Shown here piece after piece: positions 7,242 through 16,377 of a stretch of 26,579 nt of DNA; within the stretch, counting starts at the first letter, position 1, and every line of letters starts with the position of its first letter. The notes under the pieces are model-generated. The model saw only the letters and a list, made by a program, of their open reading frames with translations. It searched no databases and was not told the DNA's origin. Source of the stretch: a virus. Lineage: Duplodnaviria; Caudoviricetes. The stretch lies in IMG/VR virus record IMGVR_UViG_3300012665_000053, positions 1 to 26,579 of that record; one strand, given 5' to 3'. A program made the translations under genes and the position numbers.

Positions 7242-7808
7242 ATGACCAGAGTCGTAACCGGCAAAGTTCGTTTCTCATATTTCTCAGCATTGACTGCTCG
7301 TAAGAATGAGATGAACGGCAAAGAAGAGTTCTCAACGCAAGTGCTTGTCCCAAAGACAGACACCGAGACTGTGAACCAATTGAAAGCGGCAGCCAAGGCC
7401 GCATTGACCGCCAAGTTTGGGGACAAAATCCCAAAGACTGTGCGCAATCCCTTGCGTGATGGCGATACAGAAGTCAAATCCGATGGATCACCACTGGGGC
7501 CAGAGTATGCAGGGCATTACTTTTTCAATACCAAAAGCACCAACAAGCCTGGTGCAGTGGATGCCCATGGCCATGACATTCTTGGATCACAAGATATTGT
7601 CTCTGGCGACTATGGCCGCGTGTCTTTGAATGCCTATGCTTATGACCAGGCAGGCAACAAGGGCGTGTCGTATGGTTTGAACAACATCATGCTTTTGTCA
7701 AAGGGTGACTCGCTGGGTGGTGCAAAGCCATCGGCTGCCAGTGACTTTGGCGTGGTGGCCGGTAAGAGCGCGCCAGCTGCTGCCGAATCAGTCGATAACG
7801 ACTGGTGA
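7242..7808 (+). CDS. Single-stranded DNA-binding protein (DUF2815 / T7 gp2.5-like)
   Basis: VRFSY, NPLRDGD, SGDYGRVSL, GNKGVSYGLNNIM...GDSLGG motifs and an acidic tail ending in an aromatic residue (DNDW). SD AAGGA. Confidence 0.9.
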   Translation: MTRVVTGKVRFSYFSALTARKNEMNGKEEFSTQVLVPKTDTETVNQLKAAAKAALTAKFGDKIPKTVRNPLRDGDTEVKSDGSPLGPEYAGHYFFNTKSTNKPGAVDAHGHDILGSQDIVSGDYGRVSLNAYAYDQAGNKGVSYGLNNIMLLSKGDSLGGAKPSAASDFGVVAGKSAPAAAESVDNDW

Positions 7809-7988
7809 TTTGTCGATCAGTTTATTAAGCGCCAAGTGCAATTGATTGACTGATGTCCACAATGGCTCCACAGTTCCAGACAGCCACCGGCTGACTTGGG
7901 ACTGCTGGATGCCAGCCTCATCGCACACCGCAGCCATGGTTATCTTGTGAGCCTTGGCCCTTGCGCGTATTGTGTGAATTGATTCCAT
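7788..7988 (-). CDS. Cro/CI-like HTH transcriptional regulator
   Basis: ITMAAVCDEAGIQQSQVSRWLSG..EP HTH_XRE pattern. 66 aa, with no peptidase domain. Confidence 0.85.
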   Translation of the reverse strand: MESIHTIRARAKAHKITMAAVCDEAGIQQSQVSRWLSGTVEPLWTSVNQLHLALNKLIDKSPVVID

Positions 7989-7994
7989 GAGCGC

Positions 7995-8024
7995 ATTCTA
8001 ATTGCGGTATATGTAAAAAAACAA
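7995..8024 (-). promoter_or_regulatory. Putative leaderless promoter of the HTH gene
   Basis: TTGTTT-18-TAGAAT with only 6 nt before the ATG and no SD. Confidence 0.5.
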
Positions 8025-8042
8025 CATGGACAGAATTAGTTC

Positions 8043-8071
8043 TTGCAAGATAATTTAATTGTGTCTACTAT
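8043..8071 (+). promoter_or_regulatory. Sigma70 promoter of the early operon
   Basis: TTGCAA-17-TACTAT in an AT-rich divergent gap. The palindrome TCTTGCAAGA (8041-8050) covers the -35. Confidence 0.7.
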
Positions 8072-8103
8072 TGTTACTCCTATTACTAAACACTGGAAAC
8101 GAC

Positions 8104-8196
8104 ATGAAACAGAAAATCATTACCACCCTGATCGAATGGACCTTGGCCATCATTATTTTTGGCGGCATTGGCGTGATGCTGGCTTGGAGGGGTTGA
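8104..8196 (+). CDS. 30-aa single-pass membrane peptide
   Basis: Not in the ORF track. MKQKIITTLIEWTLAIIIFGGIGVMLAWRG*; first ORF after the promoter, SD GGA. Confidence 0.65.
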   Translation: MKQKIITTLIEWTLAIIIFGGIGVMLAWRG

Positions 8197-8197
8197 C

Positions 8198-8473
8198 ATG
8201 AACTACGGCCCCACACCCAACTGCCCTAGAGGCTTGTTCCAGTTCGATTGCTCGGTTGAAGATGTGGACCTTGTATGCTTTCTGGAATACAGCCCAGAAG
8301 AAAAGGGATCAGTCGATTCCCATGGCTCACCTTATGAGCCTGACTTTGAAGAGTGCATGACCCTCAATAACGCATACATCGCTGGCACTGATGTGGACAT
8401 TGCCCACATGATCTTGCAGTCCATGGTGGACCACATTGAGGTGACTGCGCTGGATAAATTCCATGACAGATAA
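8198..8473 (+). CDS. Acidic hypothetical early protein
   Basis: 91 aa, strong SD GGAGG, about 18 D/E versus 4 K/R. Confidence 0.75.
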   Translation: MNYGPTPNCPRGLFQFDCSVEDVDLVCFLEYSPEEKGSVDSHGSPYEPDFEECMTLNNAYIAGTDVDIAHMILQSMVDHIEVTALDKFHDR

Positions 8474-8633
8474 AGAATTGCCACCGGCCCTTGATGCCTG
8501 CCTCGACCTGGTCAAAGACTTACTCCACCCAGAAGTCTTTGGCCACTCAGTACCAGCTGAAGTCAAAACCCGCGCATTCGTTGTCAAAACAATGCTGGAG
8601 CGCTTAAAAGCCAGAATGGAGACCAGCACATGA
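8463..8633 (+). CDS. Small hypothetical protein (56 aa)
   Basis: Not in the ORF track. MTDKELPPALDACLDLVKDLLHPEVFGHSVPAEVKTRAFVVKTMLERLKARMETST*. It fills the gap and has an ATGA overlap with the next gene. Confidence 0.7.
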   Translation: MTDKELPPALDACLDLVKDLLHPEVFGHSVPAEVKTRAFVVKTMLERLKARMETST

Positions 8634-9022
8634 CCAGAGGCTTGAAACCCCGTGTAGGCCCTGCCATTGAGGCAGCACTACAAAAGAAAGGCAATTTGTC
8701 AGACCTTGATCTGGCCAAGATTTGCTTTTGTTGCAGACGCAGTGCAGCCAGAGAGCTGTTTGACCTTCACTGCAATGAATTGGTATATATCAGTGGATAT
8801 ACCAGAGTCAGCAACAATGGTCAGTGGCGGCCTCTGTGGTCATGGGGTGATGAAGATGATGCCATTGCACCTGGTCCCGTGCCAGGCGCTGATCGCATTA
8901 GGAAATACCGCGAGAAAAAGAGTGCAGACGATAAAGACTTTGACGCTGCCAGACGCAGGCAGAAGAGACGGGTTGTCAAACGCGACCCTCTTGTGGCCGC
9001 GTTTTTTGGAGGAATAGTATGA
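8630..9022 (+). CDS. Putative winged-helix DNA-binding protein
   Basis: IEAALQKKGNLSDLDLAK...SAARELFDL...VYISGY wHTH-like pattern, basic C-terminus, SD GGAG. Confidence 0.65.
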   Translation: MTRGLKPRVGPAIEAALQKKGNLSDLDLAKICFCCRRSAARELFDLHCNELVYISGYTRVSNNGQWRPLWSWGDEDDAIAPGPVPGADRIRKYREKKSADDKDFDAARRRQKRRVVKRDPLVAAFFGGIV

Positions 9023-9207
9023 AGCTAATTACAAAAATGACTCAAGACGAAAAACTTGAGGCAATCAATACATTGCAAGTCTTTATTGAGTCAGCCGTAG
9101 AGTCTGAACAAGATGAGCCGGCAGACTTTAAACTTGAAACACAAAGGCGAATTGACCTTGTGTTGATAAACCTAAAAGAGCTTATGGGCCTGAAAGAAAC
9201 CGCATAA
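9019..9207 (+). CDS. Small hypothetical protein
   Basis: 62 aa, SD GGAGG, ATGA overlap. It converges on and overlaps the last late gene. Confidence 0.7.
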   Translation: MKLITKMTQDEKLEAINTLQVFIESAVESEQDEPADFKLETQRRIDLVLINLKELMGLKETA

Positions 9208-10417
9208 GGTTATCAAGCCATTCCTGATTTGTTGGCTGGATTGGTTTTGCAAGCTGGAAAGACCTGACATCACCACTCTCTGGCGCGCCAATTTCTCTGC
9301 GCATCTTGTACCAGTCTGGGTACAGAATTTCTTTTGGCACTGATTTCTCAAACCCACCAAAATATTCACCAGGCAATTGCGTGTCATATGTTTTGTGTGG
9401 GATTTTGGGATTTGTAATTAGTTCAGCATTTGGAACCATTTTTCCAATTGATAATCCACCAGAATACATTGGCTCATTAAGTAGCAATGGGTCTGTTATT
9501 GCATATCTTGTGTAGGAAATGTCAGGGAATCCAGCGTTTTGAAATTTATCAAGTTGCATCCTATCCACGAATACATGACGCAATGCACCATTGCTTTCCA
9601 GTTGAGCGCGTGACTCTGGACTCATCACACCTTTCCATTCTGGCCGGATAGCCTTAACTTCTCTGTCAAAGGCTGCTATTGATTTTTTGGTTATTTTCCC
9701 AGCCTTCATTTGCTCAAGCAAGGCATCAGACATCATCGTGTTGTAGTTCATTGACAATGGACCCATTGCTGAATACACGCCATAGACATCACCCTTGCCA
9801 ACTTTGGCTGCTTCATTAATTTGATTTTGAAGAGCTTGAGATGCACCTTTTTCAGAGGCCCAGATTGAGCCAGTTGGTGAATGCGTTCTCATAAAGTCAT
9901 AGCCGCCTTCAAGATAAACTGGCGTTTCAAACTTTGTGCTACCAATGCCAAGCAAATTTTGGCCAGCAATTGAACGATCACCATGGAATGGAACAATTGC
10001 ACCACCTTGCATTTTTTCTGGGGTAACAATCTTTTTAGGTGGCAAATCTTTTAGCATTTCACGCTGGGCTGTCATTTCACCAATGGGGATTGGTAATTTT
10101 TTACCAGCGCCAATGTCGTGCCAATATCCAGCAGCAGCTGCTTCTGCTGCACTCATTCGTTTGGTCATCCCAGCTGGGGCAAATGCCAATGGGCCAGCCA
10201 TGGCCATTTCAGTCAGTTCAGACAAAGCCTTCTTGTTTGTGACCTTGGCTATATTTTTTGGGTCGCCAAATGCCTTGTCGTAAAGGTCTTGAAATTTTTT
10301 GTCCTTCTCTTCAATACTTAACAGACCTTGTTGGATTGCCCTACCCGTACCCTGCAATTGCTGAGTGCGTCTAGGGTCTTGCATATATTGCAAAACATCA
10401 TCTAATAAGCCTGCCAT
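9182..10417 (-). CDS. Hypothetical protein, probable internal virion/ejected protein with a globular C-terminal domain
   Basis: 411 aa, SD AAGGA, MAGLLD N-terminus. Last gene of the ejection-protein block. Confidence 0.6.
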   Translation of the reverse strand: MAGLLDDVLQYMQDPRRTQQLQGTGRAIQQGLLSIEEKDKKFQDLYDKAFGDPKNIAKVTNKKALSELTEMAMAGPLAFAPAGMTKRMSAAEAAAAGYWHDIGAGKKLPIPIGEMTAQREMLKDLPPKKIVTPEKMQGGAIVPFHGDRSIAGQNLLGIGSTKFETPVYLEGGYDFMRTHSPTGSIWASEKGASQALQNQINEAAKVGKGDVYGVYSAMGPLSMNYNTMMSDALLEQMKAGKITKKSIAAFDREVKAIRPEWKGVMSPESRAQLESNGALRHVFVDRMQLDKFQNAGFPDISYTRYAITDPLLLNEPMYSGGLSIGKMVPNAELITNPKIPHKTYDTQLPGEYFGGFEKSVPKEILYPDWYKMRREIGAPESGDVRSFQLAKPIQPTNQEWLDNLMRFLSGP

Positions 10418-10426
10418 GGTTATTCC

Positions 10427-12466
10427 TTATTGGTTAGGGCCAGGTCTTGGCATTGTCGCGCCAATGTAGCTTGCACCATAAGGCACAGTCTTTTCAAGCA
10501 TTCTTGCACCAGCTGCCACGGCCTGCTGCAATCTGGCCATTCCGCTTTCATCACGCAATGCCTTGCGCACAATCTCTGGGTCTTCTGAAATCAAAATCTG
10601 AGCCACACGCTGGCGATCTTGCTCTGACATTCCCTTGTTCGCATCACCCAACATCTTGCTGACCACTCGGAATGCAGCCATTGGGCTTCCACTGGCTGCG
10701 CTGGCTAGATCGTCAGCAGTAAGTGTTGAGCCAGTACGCGCAGCCTGCATTACCGATGACGCTGTATCCGACCCACCAAGAACCCTATTCTTTGCAGCCT
10801 GCGACTGGGCCGCTGTGCCAATGCGCGTCAAGATGCCATCAAGCTCATCACCAGGATAAATGGTGCGCAAGATGGCGCCTTGTTTGGTCTCAGGACTGGC
10901 CAGCACACCCATCATGGACTTGGCGCGACCTGATCCCATCTGATTGCGAATGGCATCCATAGCGCCAGCCCTAAATGCATTGACTGCACCAGGGTTGCTT
11001 GCCAGGTCTTCCATCATTATTTGGACCTCATCAGCGCTCTTGCTAAAGATGGTGCGGCCTTCTTTGAATGCATCCCTAGCGCTTCTAAGCTGTGAGGCTT
11101 CAGCACGGGTTGCAGCCAGTCTTGGTGATGATGCATCAATTGCTTCTCTCAAAGCGCCCTCAACGGGTTTTAAGGCCGATCCAACACCACCCTTACCACT
11201 TGCAAATGACGCATCAATTGAAGTCTGAATGCCTCGTCTAACAACTTCAGCATCTTCCAGTGTTGGCGCTTTAGCAAACACAATGTTGCCATCTTTGTCA
11301 AAAGAGAAAAATGGCTTCTTGCCTGTCTGGGCCGTGTAGATTGCATTGATGTCGGCAATGGCCGTTGGTGATCTTTGCAATGCGTCTTTAAGACTCCCCA
11401 ATAAATCTTGGCCAATGATGCCGCCAGTGCCATAAGCGTCTTTGTAGGCTTGGTTTTCCAATGCCCTTGCTTCGTCATTGGTTGATCGATAGAAGCGCAA
11501 AACATTTTCATTCTGTGGCCGTGGTCCAACAAAGTTCGGGTTAAGGCCACTGACCAGTTTTTGCTGCATATCTGTCAATACTTCTCTGCGCAAAGTGTCT
11601 GGGCGTGTAGATAAAGCGCCTTGAATCGTTGTGGATGCCTTGCCGCCTTGGGTGTATAGACCACGCACAGCTTGCAGTAATGTTTGGTTTTCGGCCAAGA
11701 TTTCGCCACTGGCAATGCGCTGCACGATCTCATCTGTGGTCAGTCCAGTCTCGCCTACAAGGCGTTGAATCTCAGCCTCTGCCGCTTTGCCACCACGACC
11801 ACCGGCCATGCGTCTGGCAGTGTCTAAAACCATGTCTGTGACCTTGCCAGCGCCCATGAATGTGGCCTGCACTGCTGGGGCAAGGGTTGCACCCATCATT
11901 GTTGAGCCTGGCACTCTTGCCGCACGGGCAGCAAAGTCTCCTTCGCCTGTCATAAATCCTGTGATGCCGCCTTGGATACCACCAAGTGCTGAAGTGCCGG
12001 CTAACGCTTTGACCAATGGAGCAACACTTGCCGCCATTCTTGGACCCGTCAATGGCGCTGCCGCGCCACCAGTGGCCGCAGTCAATGCAGCCGCTGATCC
12101 AATACCGCCTAGTGCCTCATAGCCTAATGCCTCAAAAGGTGACTGGGCTTGGTAAGCCTTCATCTTGCCTTGAATTTCAGCAAGCACTTTGTTGTAGTCT
12201 TCGCCTGTCACTGATGCGCGCAATCGAGCTTCCATCTCGTCAGCAGAGCCAAGGGTCACGCCCTGTAAAGTAGAGCGCAGGCGTTGGGTTGGCGCTTGTG
12301 GCAATGGCTGGGCCAGTGCAGGCGCTGGGGCGGGGCGATCAATGTCTAGGCTTTGAGACAAAATGCCTTGAAGAATTTGCAGTTTTTCATTAGATAAGCC
12401 GGAGACATCTCCGGCCTTAATCTTGAGCAGCTCTTCGGTTGTGAAACCTTCTAATGCATCGCTCAT
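10427..12466 (-). CDS. Putative large ejection (DNA transfer) protein
   Basis: 679 aa, Ala/Gly-rich and helical, with a hydrophobic Gly-rich segment near the N-terminus. Position equivalent to P22 gp16. Confidence 0.65.
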   Translation of the reverse strand: MSDALEGFTTEELLKIKAGDVSGLSNEKLQILQGILSQSLDIDRPAPAPALAQPLPQAPTQRLRSTLQGVTLGSADEMEARLRASVTGEDYNKVLAEIQGKMKAYQAQSPFEALGYEALGGIGSAAALTAATGGAAAPLTGPRMAASVAPLVKALAGTSALGGIQGGITGFMTGEGDFAARAARVPGSTMMGATLAPAVQATFMGAGKVTDMVLDTARRMAGGRGGKAAEAEIQRLVGETGLTTDEIVQRIASGEILAENQTLLQAVRGLYTQGGKASTTIQGALSTRPDTLRREVLTDMQQKLVSGLNPNFVGPRPQNENVLRFYRSTNDEARALENQAYKDAYGTGGIIGQDLLGSLKDALQRSPTAIADINAIYTAQTGKKPFFSFDKDGNIVFAKAPTLEDAEVVRRGIQTSIDASFASGKGGVGSALKPVEGALREAIDASSPRLAATRAEASQLRSARDAFKEGRTIFSKSADEVQIMMEDLASNPGAVNAFRAGAMDAIRNQMGSGRAKSMMGVLASPETKQGAILRTIYPGDELDGILTRIGTAAQSQAAKNRVLGGSDTASSVMQAARTGSTLTADDLASAASGSPMAAFRVVSKMLGDANKGMSEQDRQRVAQILISEDPEIVRKALRDESGMARLQQAVAAGARMLEKTVPYGASYIGATMPRPGPNQ

Positions 12467-13857
12467 CGCTGACCTCCAGAAGACCGCAGTTGAAGTTGTC
12501 TGTTAACAGCATCAAGCAATGGATTGCCGCCACCGCCACCGCCACCGCCATAAGGCGTGATCTCGTACATGGGCGCAAATTGCTCAAAGCCTGGTATTTT
12601 CATTGCTCGTTTCAAATAATCTTCTTGCGTTGCCAAGCGGCTTCTTGCGACTCTTTGGGCCGTTGACAATGCTTGCTTAATCTCAGCAGCGCTTAGTGTT
12701 TGATCACCAGCTGCTGCGCGTCTAAGAATTCCACGCTCACCTTCAGTCAATCCACCTTGGCCGCGCATTTGGGCAGCGGCATCAAGTTCTTGCTGGGCCA
12801 AGCCTTGGACCACAATTCTGGTGTTCGATAGTTGTTCATTTGCATCAGCACCAGCAACACCTAGTTGCTGACCGATTCTGAGCATGGTAGTTCTGTAATC
12901 AGCGGCTGGTCCAAGAATAGCCTTATCAAGCGCAGGCAGCATTCTTTCTACATTTGCCAATGTATCGTTTGCAGACCTTGCACCGGCTGTTAATTCTCCC
13001 AACACTCTGATTGTTTCAGTTCCAGCACCGGCCACAAATTGAGATTGTCCAGGCGGCAATTTCACATCAACTTGTGTCTTTGGCGCAATCTGCTGACGAT
13101 ACTGGCCCACATTACGAATGCCTGCTGGACCAGTTCCAGCTAATGTCGTGCCGCTGATGTACTCCACAGCACGAATGTCAGGTGACTGGGCTTCGTATGG
13201 TGTAGCGCCCGTGTATTCTCTTGACTGACCAAGTTTATTGAATTGCATCATCTTCACTTGGCCATTGACCATCATTGGCTCTGGTTTGCCAAATTCAGTC
13301 TGGGCCATGCCGATCTTGAGCAATTCTGGCTGACCTTCTTTGCGCGTCATGCCGCTAAGAATTTTGCGCATCTCAGGATTTAATGATCCAACAATGCCAG
13401 GCGCAGCAGTTGGTGCAGGCATTTGTGCAGCCAATTGAGCGCGTTGTGTTGTTGGTCCAAATTTACCGGCCACAGACACTGGAGCCAGTATTGCCGCTTG
13501 ATCTGCGGTAATCGGGGCCACAGCTGGTTCAGTGAATTGCTTTGCATAAGCCTCATTGGCCAATGCTTCCCGCTGCATCTCTTTGAGCTTGGCTGCTGTG
13601 ACCAAATTACCAAAAGCTCCAGTTAAACCTTTTTCATAAGCACCTTGGCCGGCTTGCAGGGCAGAGCCTAGAGCTTGGCCTAAACCAATACGCTGTGGGC
13701 TTCGGCCACCAGCCTGGAGCAATGCAGCTGCGGCTGACAATGTTGACTGCAAGCCAAGTTGTTCTTTTTGTTTGGCCGTCAATAGCTTTTCAAGCTCACT
13801 ATCGCCACCACCACCAAACAAATTGCCCAGTAGTCCATCAAAATTAAATTCAGCCAT
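12463..13857 (-). CDS. Putative ejection protein
   Basis: 464 aa, Ala/Gln/Gly-rich, GLGQALGSALQAG motif. Position equivalent to P22 gp20. Confidence 0.6.
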   Translation of the reverse strand: MAEFNFDGLLGNLFGGGGDSELEKLLTAKQKEQLGLQSTLSAAAALLQAGGRSPQRIGLGQALGSALQAGQGAYEKGLTGAFGNLVTAAKLKEMQREALANEAYAKQFTEPAVAPITADQAAILAPVSVAGKFGPTTQRAQLAAQMPAPTAAPGIVGSLNPEMRKILSGMTRKEGQPELLKIGMAQTEFGKPEPMMVNGQVKMMQFNKLGQSREYTGATPYEAQSPDIRAVEYISGTTLAGTGPAGIRNVGQYRQQIAPKTQVDVKLPPGQSQFVAGAGTETIRVLGELTAGARSANDTLANVERMLPALDKAILGPAADYRTTMLRIGQQLGVAGADANEQLSNTRIVVQGLAQQELDAAAQMRGQGGLTEGERGILRRAAAGDQTLSAAEIKQALSTAQRVARSRLATQEDYLKRAMKIPGFEQFAPMYEITPYGGGGGGGGNPLLDAVNRQLQLRSSGGQR

Positions 13858-13866
13858 TTTTATTCC

Positions 13867-14823
13867 TTATAAAAGGCCAAGAATGCCGCCAATGCCAGCA
13901 CCTATTGCCGTGCCAACACCAGGAATGACGCTGCCAAGTTTTGCGCCAGCCAATGCACCACCAAGCGCACCAGAGGCAGGGTTTTGGCTGTATGGAGTCG
14001 TGGCCACCATGCCAAGATTGGCAGGCTGCGCACCCAGTGAAGACTGGACCACACCCAGACGCTGTAAGCCAATATTTCGGATTGCATCCATTTGTTGCTG
14101 GTCCAAAGCCTGACGCGCACCGCCAGCGCCCATGACCGCTTGAGCGCCACCAAGACGCAATGCTTGTTGCTGTGCAGCCAAATTACCTAGCTGGCTTGCA
14201 CCGCCCAAACGCAATTGAGCGCCTTGCAAGCCTGCTTGCTGATTGGCAATGTCGGCTGCTGATCTTCGGGCAATATCAGCCTGCTGCATGGCCATGGCCT
14301 GATTGAATGCCTGCTCATTCAGAGTTGTGCCAAGATTTGCCGCCTGCTTGGCAAAGCCAAGATTGGTCAGACTTTCTGCCACACCTTGGCGCGACCCACC
14401 AAAGGCACGGGCAGCAGTCGCACGTTCACCAGTCTGCTGGATGGCCGCACGTCTTGCTGATTCCAAATCGCTCAATGCGTTCTCACGAACCATGCTTGTA
14501 TATGGATTCATGTAAGAGCCAATAGTGCCTGGTCCTTGACCAAGACCTAAATTAGTCTGCTGCGCTGTGATCTGGCTGGGCTGATAAATGCCACCATAAG
14601 CTGCCATCTGCGCTGCCAAGTCTGTGCCAGTAATACCTGGGCCAGCCAAGGCAGTATTGACCAGAGCCTCCTCGCCTGCCTGATACATTGGGTTGTAACC
14701 GGCAAACTGCTGGACCGGCAAAGCACCAGCGACCCCTTGGGCCTGCTGGAAGTTGGCCAAGAATGCTTCTTTGATCTGTGGATCAATGGAGCTTGTCGAT
14801 GTAGTTGTTCCACCTTTTGACAT
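13867..14823 (-). CDS. Putative ejection/pilot protein
   Basis: MSKGGTTTST start, YMNPY and AFGGSR motifs, Gln/Ala-rich coiled coil, C-terminal glycine zipper (GALGGALAGA...GTAIGAGIGGILG). Confidence 0.7.
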   Translation of the reverse strand: MSKGGTTTSTSSIDPQIKEAFLANFQQAQGVAGALPVQQFAGYNPMYQAGEEALVNTALAGPGITGTDLAAQMAAYGGIYQPSQITAQQTNLGLGQGPGTIGSYMNPYTSMVRENALSDLESARRAAIQQTGERATAARAFGGSRQGVAESLTNLGFAKQAANLGTTLNEQAFNQAMAMQQADIARRSAADIANQQAGLQGAQLRLGGASQLGNLAAQQQALRLGGAQAVMGAGGARQALDQQQMDAIRNIGLQRLGVVQSSLGAQPANLGMVATTPYSQNPASGALGGALAGAKLGSVIPGVGTAIGAGIGGILGLL

Positions 14824-14832
14824 ATTGCCACC

Positions 14833-15999
14833 TTATCCGAGTAAAGATTTCATTTTCTTGGCAGACACTTTGCCTTCGTTGATCATGTCCAGAAGTCCAC
14901 GGCCATACTTGTTGACCGCTGATTTTTTGATCACATATTCACCGCGATCTAGGTATCCAGCGCCATCATCTGGACCAGGTGGGTTCATGCCAAACAAACC
15001 ATTGACCATGCCGCCCATAGCGTAACCAGCACCAGCCTCGCCTGCCGTTGCACCATTGCCCTCACCACCACCAGAATTACCGCCTGGGCCTTCGCCTGCT
15101 GCTGTGGAGTTGCCATCACCACCACCGCCATAGTAGTCAGCCAATGTCACACCAGACTTTGCAGCAATGTCGCGCTCCAAGTTGGCCGCTGCGATCTGAT
15201 CATATAGACCAGGGTTATATCCACCCATTGCTTGGCCTGCCACCACGCCAGCGTATGGATTGCCCATGGGTCTCATCTGGCCCATGATCTGAGAGTATGG
15301 TGAGCCAGCACCGCCAACAACATTGGGGTTGTACTGAGCGCCAATGGGGATGGACTGGTAATTTGCAAAGTTCTGGGCAAAGCCTTGGGTGGCATTGGCA
15401 AATGGTGTCGTGCCAGTGATGCCCATGTTGCCAGTTGGGCCAAGCAAGCCACCAGTATTAGTGACAGTGCCGCCAGTGTTAATGACAGTGTTACCAGTGT
15501 TTTTCAATGCAGCCAATCGAGCCGCTTCAGCAGCCGCAGCAGCTGCTGCATTGCGTTGTTGCAAAGCCAAAGCCGCTTCATTTTGCCTAGTCACCAATGC
15601 CAATTGAGCCGCATCAGCAGCCGCCTTCTGAGCCGTAGTAAGATTGCTGGCAGAAGTTCTAGCCGCCAAGGCCCTTGCGTCAATCAGTGCTTGGCTGGCC
15701 GTTTTGTCTCTGGCTGTACGGGCTGCAAGTTCTGCATCAGCCGCAGCATCAGCAATCAATTCAGCCTCAGTCTTTGGGATTGCAGCAGCGTATTTCTCTT
15801 GAACACTCTGAGTCGTGACACCAGTGGCACGGGCCACATCTGCTGGGCTAATGCCAAGCCGGTCCATCTCTGTGCGCAAAATGGCATTACTGGTCCCAGA
15901 CTTCTGGGCAGCGACCACCGCATCAAAAATGTTTTTGTCAAATTCGGCTTGGGTCATGCCGTTATTGAGCGCCCAATTTAGTGCTTCTGAAATTGCCAT
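14833..15999 (-). CDS. Putative internal virion protein
   Basis: 388 aa, low-complexity Ala/Gly regions, C-terminal YAMGG...DD...GEYVIKKSAV..YG..LLDMIN motif. Confidence 0.55.
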   Translation of the reverse strand: MAISEALNWALNNGMTQAEFDKNIFDAVVAAQKSGTSNAILRTEMDRLGISPADVARATGVTTQSVQEKYAAAIPKTEAELIADAAADAELAARTARDKTASQALIDARALAARTSASNLTTAQKAAADAAQLALVTRQNEAALALQQRNAAAAAAAEAARLAALKNTGNTVINTGGTVTNTGGLLGPTGNMGITGTTPFANATQGFAQNFANYQSIPIGAQYNPNVVGGAGSPYSQIMGQMRPMGNPYAGVVAGQAMGGYNPGLYDQIAAANLERDIAAKSGVTLADYYGGGGDGNSTAAGEGPGGNSGGGEGNGATAGEAGAGYAMGGMVNGLFGMNPPGPDDGAGYLDRGEYVIKKSAVNKYGRGLLDMINEGKVSAKKMKSLLG

Positions 16000-16008
16000 A
16001 TTTATCCC

Positions 16009-16377
16009 CTAAAGTTCCTTTGCAAGTACAGACCATTGTGGACTGTACCCTTCGTCTTTCAAAAATGTCTTTGCCCAGCCTCTTCGGCCTGCCAAAGTCA
16101 CCCTGGTGCAGCCGACAGACTTGCCCCAGGATTCGATCAATGGTCTCATCCGTGAGAGTTCATCTAGGTCGCCACCAGCCAAGAAGTAATGCAAACACTT
16201 CAGTCGTGGGTAGACAATGATCTCAGTTAACACCACCGAGTCCTTGGCCGGCCACAGCTGCAATCTGTGATCTTGGACCATCTCAGCGACATCGTCAAAA
16301 TTATGTGTGCCTCCACTATATTCTAAGGCAGCCTCCACATGGTGGCGTAGCCTATCCAAATGTTCTTGGTCGCTCAT
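16009..16377 (-). CDS. GNAT-fold virion assembly protein (P22 gp14 / T7 gp13-like position)
   Basis: LHYFLAGG...WGKSVGCTRVTLAGRRGW motif. Lies between the tail hub and the ejection genes. Confidence 0.6.
   Translation of the reverse strand: MSDQEHLDRLRHHVEAALEYSGGTHNFDDVAEMVQDHRLQLWPAKDSVVLTEIIVYPRLKCLHYFLAGGDLDELSRMRPLIESWGKSVGCTRVTLAGRRGWAKTFLKDEGYSPQWSVLAKEL

Noticed and set aside
12526-12550. (CCGCCA)n microsatellite
   Set aside because: It encodes an in-frame poly-Gly linker. Unit changes keep the frame, so there is no evidence of phase variation.
15385-15981. 198-aa plus-strand ORF and similar shadow ORFs (e.g. 24971-25729, 16596-17039)
   Set aside because: These are antisense shadows of Ala/Gly/Thr-rich structural genes, with no SD or recognisable motifs.
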